64,000 nt of DNA from Gemmatimonadota bacterium. Lineage in GTDB: Bacteria; Gemmatimonadota; Gemmatimonadetes; Palauibacterales; Palauibacteraceae. The translations under genes were made by a program, and so were the position numbers. Positions 57,790 to 64,000 of the stretch are shown here, piece by piece (position 1 is the stretch's first letter; the number at the start of each line of letters is the position of its first letter). The notes below the pieces were generated by a model. The model saw nothing but the letters and a program-made list of their open reading frames with translations, was not told where the DNA came from and searched no databases. The stretch lies in contig JBDHAC010000004.1 of NCBI GenBank assembly GCA_039588275.1, forward strand, positions 33,010-97,009. The letters run 5' to 3'.

Positions 57790-58775
57790 GCAACTTCACG
57801 GCCACCGGGTGGCCCTATCTGGTGCTACTGCTCCTCCTGCCCCTGGGCTGGTGGTGGATGCGGCGTCACCGGGTCCGGCTGCCGTACCCGAGCCCCGGGA
57901 AGCTGGCGATCACTCGTCGCTCCGGATCGCGCGTTTGGTGGCATTGGCCGACCGTCTTCAGGTCCGTGGCGCTCGGTCTCGTGGTGATCGCTCTCGTGCA
58001 GCCCGTGCGCCTGTGGGAGCGAGTCGAAGCGGAGCGTGAGGGCGTCGCGATCATGCTGGCGGTGGACATCTCCTCTTCGATGCTCGCGGAGGATTTCCGC
58101 CCCGACAACCGGATCGAGGTCGCCAAACGCGAGGTGGTCCGCTTCGTGGAGGGCCGGGAGTCGGATTGGATCGGGTTGGTCGCGTTCGCGGGCGAGGCGC
58201 TCACCATGGTCCCCGGCACGCTGGACCACGCCGTCGTCGAGACCGCGGTCGAGGGCCTCGAGGCCGGCCAGCTCCGGGATGGCACCGCCATCGGCGTCGC
58301 GCTGGCGACCGCGGCGAATCGCCTGCGCGAGCTCGAACCGGAGTCTCGCATCGTCGTCCTGCTCACCGATGGCGACAACAACAGTGGCAGCATCTCGCCC
58401 GAGGAGGCCACGGCGGCCGCCGCTTCGCTCGGCATTCGTATCTACACGATCGGCGTCGGGCGTGACGGCGTGGCGCCCGTACCGGTCGCGCGAACGGCGT
58501 TCGGCTACCAGTACGCGAACGTGCGCGTACATGTGAACGACGAGCTCCTCGAGCAGATGGCGACGTCGACCGGTGGGCTGTACTTCCGGGCCACCGAGCC
58601 CGAAGGGCTCATGCAGATCTACGATCGCATCGATGAGCTCGAGACGACGCCCCTCAAGGAGGTGCGTACCGTCGAGCGCGTCGGTCTCCGCCGCGAGCTG
58701 CTGCTTCTGGCGCTCGGAGCCCTCTTCCTCGAATTGCTGGGGAGCGCGACCCGCGCGCGTCGAGTGTGGGCATGA
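57786..58775 (+). CDS. batA: BatA-like vWA protein
   Basis: AVDISSSM MIDAS, GTAIG, LLTDGDNN, IYTIGVG, TM termini. Confidence 0.88.
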   Translation: MSNFTATGWPYLVLLLLLPLGWWWMRRHRVRLPYPSPGKLAITRRSGSRVWWHWPTVFRSVALGLVVIALVQPVRLWERVEAEREGVAIMLAVDISSSMLAEDFRPDNRIEVAKREVVRFVEGRESDWIGLVAFAGEALTMVPGTLDHAVVETAVEGLEAGQLRDGTAIGVALATAANRLRELEPESRIVVLLTDGDNNSGSISPEEATAAAASLGIRIYTIGVGRDGVAPVPVARTAFGYQYANVRVHVNDELLEQMATSTGGLYFRATEPEGLMQIYDRIDELETTPLKEVRTVERVGLRRELLLLALGALFLELLGSATRARRVWA

Positions 58776-59770
58776 TCGCGTCCGACCCCCTACTTCTGGC
58801 CCTCGTGGCGGGCGGATTAGCCCTGCTGCTGCGCGCGTGGTCGCTGCGCAGGACCGGGCGCGAGCGCGCGGACCTCGCCGAGCCCGGGTTGCTGGCGCAG
58901 TTTGCGCGGCTGCCCACCAACGAGCTCGCGTGGGTGCGCGGAGGCCTGCTCGCGCTCGGGGTAGCCGCGCTCGCGCTCGCGAGCACATCGGCGTCGACCG
59001 ACACGACGCGCGAGGAGACGGAGGGAGCGGAGACGATCCTCGTCCTCGACGCGTCCAACTCGATGCTCGTCGAAGACGTCGAGCCGAATCGCCTCGAGGT
59101 CCAGCGTCGCTTGGCGCGCGAGCTGGCGAGCCAGCTGCCGGGACGCGTGGGGGTCGTGTACTTCGCGGGCCGGGCCTACGTGCTCTCCCCGCTCACCACG
59201 GATTTCAGCGCCGTACAGATGTTCGTGGAGGGGGTACGGCCCGCCTCGGTGGGACGAGGCGGCTCGTCACTCGCCATCGGCATCACGCAGGCGCTCGACC
59301 TCCTTTCGGGTGGTGAAGAGGACGCGCGCAAGGCGGTCGTGCTCTTCTCGGACGGTGAGGAAACCGTCGGGCAGCCACTCCAGGACGCGCTCGATCGAGC
59401 GCGCGATGAGGGCGTGTCCGTGTACGCTATCGGGATCGGTACGGTGCAGGGCGGCCAGATCCCGCTTACACGGGATGCCTCGCTGGATCCGTCGACCGCC
59501 CTCGGGCGGCGACGCGGGCCGGCCTTCCTCCAGGGTCCCGACGGACAACCCGTGGTGAGCCGGCTGGAGGCGGGGAACCTGCGCACGATCGCGAGCGAGA
59601 CGAGCGGTCGCTACCTGCCAGGAGTCGAGTCCAGCGTTCGACGGCTCCGCTCCGAGCTCGGCCAGGCGGGAGTCGGCGAGACCGCATCGGGGAACCCGCT
59701 CGTGAGCCTGCTCCTCATCACCGCATTCGTGAGCCTATGGGTAGAAGCGTTCGTCCTGCCTCGCGGCTGA
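58772..59770 (+). CDS. batB: BatB-like vWA protein
   Basis: LDASNSM, PLTTD, FSDGEE, IGIGT..GG.IP, VVSRLE. Confidence 0.85.
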   Translation: MIASDPLLLALVAGGLALLLRAWSLRRTGRERADLAEPGLLAQFARLPTNELAWVRGGLLALGVAALALASTSASTDTTREETEGAETILVLDASNSMLVEDVEPNRLEVQRRLARELASQLPGRVGVVYFAGRAYVLSPLTTDFSAVQMFVEGVRPASVGRGGSSLAIGITQALDLLSGGEEDARKAVVLFSDGEETVGQPLQDALDRARDEGVSVYAIGIGTVQGGQIPLTRDASLDPSTALGRRRGPAFLQGPDGQPVVSRLEAGNLRTIASETSGRYLPGVESSVRRLRSELGQAGVGETASGNPLVSLLLITAFVSLWVEAFVLPRG

Positions 59771-60456
59771 CCGGGCGCATCCGCGTCTGGCCCCGTCTCG
59801 CCGCACTCGGCGCGCTCCTCGGAGGGGCGGTCGTGCTCGTGCGGGCACTTCCGGCGCAGGATCCGACGACGCCCGCCCCCCAGCTGGAGTCGGAAGAGGT
59901 CGCTCGATATCGACAGGAGGCCGAGGGCTCCGACCGTCCCATCGACCACTACAACCTGGGGACGGCGCTCCTGCGGGACGGTCGTCCCGCGGAGGCGCTC
60001 GAACCGTTGGGGCTCTCGCTCCGCAGCGAGCGCCCACTCGTCCGTCAGAACGGGTTCTACAACCTCGGGCTGGGCAGCGCGATCGAGGGGCACTTGGGAG
60101 ATGCCGATGCGCAGGCGCGGCGTGCCCAGCTCATCGGCGCCCGGGACGCGTTCCGGCAAGTCCTGCGCGAGCGCGAGGACGATGAAGACGCGCGCTGGAA
60201 CCTGGAGCTGGTGGAGCGGTGGCTCGAGGAGGACGAGCAGTCAGGCGACGACGGGGACGAGGGCGGTGAGGCTCAGGCGCCAGGAGGGGCCGGGGCAGGT
60301 GGGGCGCCGAGCGGGGGAGCGGGTCAAGAGCGGATGATCAGTCCCGAGGAAGCCGCGGCGCTGCTCGACTCCGCGGGCCGGGCCGAAGCATCGATCCGGG
60401 ACCGGGTGATGGGACGCAACCGCTTTCGGGATCCGGTCGTCGAGAAGAACTGGTAG
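59737..60456 (+). CDS. BatC-like TPR protein
   Basis: HYNLGTALL, FYNLG, DARWNLEL, C-terminal VEKNW. Start uncertain. Confidence 0.8.
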   Translation: MGRSVRPASRLTGRIRVWPRLAALGALLGGAVVLVRALPAQDPTTPAPQLESEEVARYRQEAEGSDRPIDHYNLGTALLRDGRPAEALEPLGLSLRSERPLVRQNGFYNLGLGSAIEGHLGDADAQARRAQLIGARDAFRQVLREREDDEDARWNLELVERWLEEDEQSGDDGDEGGEAQAPGGAGAGGAPSGGAGQERMISPEEAAALLDSAGRAEASIRDRVMGRNRFRDPVVEKNW

Positions 60457-60510
60457 CGACATGGCCCGCCCGCTCCGAGGACGGGTCCGGGATGACGGAA
60501 ATCCTCCGGC

Positions 60511-61206
60511 TCAGGTGATGTCGGTCACCAGGGGAACGAACCGCGCCCCGATCAGCCTCTCCTCTTTCAACGTCCCCTCCTCGTGCTTCGTGTAGCGGCT
60601 GATCTGCTGTGACCCCGCCCCGCCGATCGGGGCGACCAACCGGCCGTCCGTGCCCAGCTGGGAGATGAGAGCCTCCGGCACCTCGCCCGTCGCAGCCGAG
60701 ATCAATACCCCGTCGAAGGGGGCTTCCTCGACCCACCCCCGCGCCCCGTCTCCGAGTCTGAGCTGAACGCGATCCGCGTACCCGGAATCTTCCAGCGCCT
60801 CGCGCGCCGTGTCGAATAGCTGCGGGATTCGCTCGATCCCGAACACCTGCGCGCCACAGGCGGCCAACACGGCCGCCTGGTATCCGGATCCGGCACCCAC
60901 CTCGAGCACCTTGCAGCCGTCCGTGAGCTTCAGCGAAGCCGCCATGAACGCGACGATGTACGGTTGCGAGATCGTCTGCCCGTGCCCCAGGGGGAGGGCG
61001 TGGTCGTCGTAGGAGAGATCGCGATCACCGGCGGGGACGAAGAGGTGCCGGGGCACCTCGCGCATCGCGGCGAGAACGCGAGGATCGGTCAAGCCACGGC
61101 GGCGGATCTGGCGCTCGACCATGTGGTCCCGCCACCGTTCGTATTCGTGTTCCAGCGTTTCGGGCGGCTGCTGCCGGCGGCCGCCAAGCAGGATCTTGCG
61201 GGCCAT
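60511..61206 (-). CDS. pcm: Protein-L-isoaspartate O-methyltransferase
   Basis: VPRHLFVP, GQTISQPYIVA, VLEVGAGSGYQAAVL, RFVPLV. GGAGGT RBS. Confidence 0.95.
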   Translation of the reverse strand: MARKILLGGRRQQPPETLEHEYERWRDHMVERQIRRRGLTDPRVLAAMREVPRHLFVPAGDRDLSYDDHALPLGHGQTISQPYIVAFMAASLKLTDGCKVLEVGAGSGYQAAVLAACGAQVFGIERIPQLFDTAREALEDSGYADRVQLRLGDGARGWVEEAPFDGVLISAATGEVPEALISQLGTDGRLVAPIGGAGSQQISRYTKHEEGTLKEERLIGARFVPLVTDIT

Positions 61207-61309
61207 CAGATACCTCCCGCCACTCGAAAGATAGTCGCTGGCGAGCCCGAGGGAACGGCCCCGGAGGGCGCGTTGCCGTCCTTCGCGCGCCCGCGGTAGG
61301 TTCGGGGCC

Positions 61310-62371
61310 ATGAACACGCCGAGCGCGGAGGCGGCGCGCCTCACACAATACTCACACGGCGCGGGGTGAGCGTGTAAGCTCGGTCCGGAGGATCTGGACC
61401 GTATCCTGGCGTTCATTCCCCCGATGCGGGACGAGCGGTTGATAATCGGGCTGGACGGGCCCGATGACGCGGCCGTGTACCGTCTCGACGAGGATCGTGC
61501 GCTCGTGGCCACCCTCGACTTCTTCACACCGCTCGTGGACGGCCCCGAGGACTTCGGGGCGATTGCCGCCGCCAACGCGCTCAGCGATCTGTACGCGATG
61601 CGCGCTCGACCGCTGTTCGCGCTCAACATCCTCGCGATTCCTTCCGGCGAGCTCGCTCCCGAGATCGTCGCGGGGATCCTGCGCGGGGCGGCGAAGGTGT
61701 GCCAGGAGGCGGGCATCCCGATCGCCGGCGGGCATTCCATCGACGATCCCGAGCCCAAGTACGGTCTTGTCGCCGTGGGTCTCGCTGACCCCCGGGCCCT
61801 GTATCGGAAGGCAGGAGCGCGCCCGGGCGACGCGATCGTGCTTGGGAAGGCGCTCGGGACCGGGATCATCACCACCGGGATCAAGCGTGGCACGGCGAGC
61901 GCCGAAGCGATGGATGCGGCGATTCGCTCCATGCGACGGCTGAACCGCGGTGCGCTCGATGTCCTGGAGCGGTTCGACGTGCGGGCGGCAACCGACGTGA
62001 CCGGGTTCGGACTGTTGGGGCACCTGCTCGAGATGTGCCAGGCGTCCGGACTGTCTGCCCGCGTCTCGGCTGGCTCGCCCGTCGTGCTTCCCGACGTCTT
62101 TTCGCTGATAGAGCAGGGGTGTGTGCCCGGCGGGACCGATCGCAACCGGAAGGCCGTCGACGATGCCGTGACTTGGAGCGTCGAAGTGGACGAGGCCCGT
62201 AAGACACTCCTGTGCGACGCTCAGACTTCTGGGGGGCTGCTCGCCGCCGTTTCCGAAGCGGAGGCCGAGCCCCTTCGTGAGGCGCTCGCCGACGCCGGGT
62301 ACGCCTCGGCGGTCGTGGGTGCTTTCGGTTCCGGGGCGGAGGCCGCACCGTTCATCCAGGTGGATCCATAG
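61310..62371 (+). CDS. selD: Selenide, water dikinase with selenocysteine (TGA codon 20 at 61367-61369)
   Basis: RLTQYSHGAG-U-ACKLGP in frame with DDAAVY, DFFTP, AANALSDLYAM, GGHS, TDVTGFGLLGH and DAQTSGGLL. Confidence 0.95.
61381..61401 (+). promoter_or_regulatory. Bacterial SECIS hairpin
   Basis: CGGTCCGGA-GGA-TCTGGACCG stem-loop (one G-U pair) separated from the UGA by 11 nt, with a G-containing apical loop. Confidence 0.8.
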
Positions 62372-62479
62372 GCGGGCCGAGAGAGACGGCGTGAGCCCCT
62401 CACGATCGACAGGCCTACCGGTGGATCTACGTGAGTGGGCCGACAAGAACGCCGTGAGTGCCCGACAGTCGAGGGACCG

Positions 62480-63151
62480 ATGACGCAGTCCACGCAGACG
62501 GAGACGACCCCGGTGGCGGAATTCCCGAACCTGGTCGTGCTCGACCACCCGCTCCTCAAGCACAAAGTCAGCCTGCTGCGCGACGTGAACACCTCGAAGA
62601 AGGTGTTCAAGGAGGTGGTCGACGAGATCTCGATGCTGATGGCGTACGAGGTGACGGCGAAGTTCGCGACCGAAGCGTACGAGGTCGAAACCCCGCTGGA
62701 GACTACCACCGGCCACCGAGTGGCCGGGTATCGAATGACGCTCGTCCCGATCCTACGGGCGGGTCTGGGGATGGTGGAGGGAGTGCTCCGACTGCTTCCG
62801 ACCATGCGCGTCGGTCACATCGGCCTGGAACGCGAGCACGAGACGCTCGAGCCGATCGACTACTACTTCAAGATCCCCCCGAACCCGGCCGACGGGCACT
62901 TCATCGTCACCGACCCGATGCTCGCGACCGGTGGCTCGGCGAGTGCAGCGGTCGGCTACCTGAAGAAGTCGGGTGCGACCTCGATCCAGCTCATGTGCAT
63001 CGTGGCCGCTCCCGAAGGGGTCGAGCGTATGGGGAAGGACCACCCCGAAGTGCCTGTGTTCACCGCGGTGCTCGACCGTGAGCTGAACGAGCACGGATAC
63101 ATCCTCCCCGGTCTCGGGGACGCGGGGGATCGCCTGTTCGGAACGATCTAG
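62480..63151 (+). CDS. upp: Uracil phosphoribosyltransferase
   Basis: HPLLKHK, PILRAGLGM, DPMLATGGS, YILPGLGDAGDRLFGT. Confidence 0.97.
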   Translation: MTQSTQTETTPVAEFPNLVVLDHPLLKHKVSLLRDVNTSKKVFKEVVDEISMLMAYEVTAKFATEAYEVETPLETTTGHRVAGYRMTLVPILRAGLGMVEGVLRLLPTMRVGHIGLEREHETLEPIDYYFKIPPNPADGHFIVTDPMLATGGSASAAVGYLKKSGATSIQLMCIVAAPEGVERMGKDHPEVPVFTAVLDRELNEHGYILPGLGDAGDRLFGTI

Positions 63152-63576
63152 GTGTGCGTCGCAATGACGTCGGTCACCGCGAGCGGTGCCCCACGCAGTG
63201 TTCAGAGCGCGTTGATCGGGCGACGTATCGTGAAACGGACGGTCATTCGGCCTTGGAGAGAGGGACCCGATGGAAAGCGCGACGTTCGTCGTTCGGACCT
63301 CGCCGACGATGCATGACGTCTTGTCCGGCGTGGTTCATGACACGCAGGGTGAGACGTTGAGCCGGGACGCTCGAGCCCGGGGAACAGGACGTTTCAGCTG
63401 AAATTTCTCGAGCTGAAATGTCCCAATCGGCCTACGAATGGATGTTCTTTGGGGGCGCGATCGCTCCTACCGGTTAGCCACTATCGACACGCAGCATCTG
63501 CGTAGCGCGCTCATTCGCGCCGCGATCACGCCGGTCGACATGCCTGGTCTCGCCCCGTTATGATGAATCACGCTCA

Positions 63577-63650
63577 GGGCCCGTAGCTCAGTTGGTCAGA
63601 GCAGGGGACTCATAATCCCAAGGTCGCAGGTTCGAGTCCTGCCGGGCCCA
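63577..63650 (+). tRNA. tRNA with CAT anticodon, most likely tRNA-Ile2 (lysidine); CCA not encoded
   Basis: Acceptor GGGCCCG/CGGGCCC+A, D arm GCTC/GAGC, loop CTCATAA, T arm GCAGG-TTCGAGT-CCTGC. C4-G69 and C5-G68 pairs as in Ile2. Confidence 0.93.
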
Positions 63651-63745
63651 CTCACTCAACTCCACATCATCCCGTCGTTTACGTGACAGGGGGCGTTCGG
63701 ACTCCATGCCCAGATGCCCCCTTGTCTTTGCCGAGACTTTGCCGC

Positions 63746-63988
63746 TCACGCTGGCCGCCCACCGCGGGCACCGCCCTCGACGGCCCTGAGAATCCACCGG
63801 AGGCCCCTGGCGATTTCAGCCTCGGCGACTTCCTCTGGCGCAATCGCGCGGGCCACCTCGCGCCCGTCACGCGTCGTCGCGATCAGGACCTTCGACCCAT
63901 CGGCTGCACGGTGCCGCATACGCCACACGCCAGCACCGACTGAGCTTGATCCCGATTTGGTGTCCGGAAACTCGATCACGCGCGTCAT
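63746..63988 (-). CDS. Small hypothetical protein (80 aa), possibly part of an integrated element
   Basis: ATG with GGAGGGAAG RBS; convergent on the tRNA 3' flank. Confidence 0.6.
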   Translation of the reverse strand: MTRVIEFPDTKSGSSSVGAGVWRMRHRAADGSKVLIATTRDGREVARAIAPEEVAEAEIARGLRWILRAVEGGARGGRPA

Positions 63989-64000
63989 GATCTTCCCTCC

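Noticed and set aside
61367..61369. selD as a pseudogene with a premature stop
   Set aside because: The TGA is exactly at the catalytic Cys/Sec position and is followed by a SECIS-like hairpin; the rest of the gene is intact.
63577..63650. tRNA-Met or initiator tRNA call
   Set aside because: G1-C72 is paired, unlike initiator tRNA, and the acceptor stem and overall sequence fit Ile2 better. Elongator Met is not strictly excluded.

Overview
High-GC bacterial chromosomal window. Gene style suggests Gemmatimonadota, which is inference only. From left to right: (i) a minus-strand surface-protein operon (single-FN3 lipoprotein, 7xFN3 secreted protein, partial exported protein); (ii) a metabolic stretch (NTF2-like protein, cupin, SDR, ferritin, cardiolipin synthase, lysophospholipase, iodotyrosine-deiodinase-like nitroreductase, Ycf46-type AAA ATPase, Leu dehydrogenase); (iii) a Tad/Flp pilus locus (flp, cpaA, tadE, cpaB, cpaC, tadG, cpaE, cpaF, tadB, tadC, DUF192) with a sigma54-like promoter. 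The locus runs on into an unexplained module (wHTH-AAA ATPase, 4-TM coiled-coil protein, vWA lipoprotein, 23-aa membrane peptide) and is flanked upstream by a GT-C-like membrane protein, a prenyltransferase-repeat protein and a Tat-exported DUF362 lipoprotein; (iv) accessory genes (tag, CAP lipoprotein, amidohydrolase, 44-aa repeat protein, TlpA, ABC exporter); (v) housekeeping genes (ctaA, thiolase, gltX, tRNA deaminase, NhaC, pyrR-pyrB-pyrC, rpsT, site-2 protease, scpA-scpB-rluB, MoxR/Bat cluster, pcm, Sec-containing selD with SECIS, upp); (vi) a tRNA(CAT), probably Ile2, followed by what may be the edge of an integrated element. No CRISPR array, rRNA or transposase was seen. The best candidates for an undescribed system are the two Tad-flanking accessory modules. 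All functional calls come from motif recognition by eye; no database search was run.
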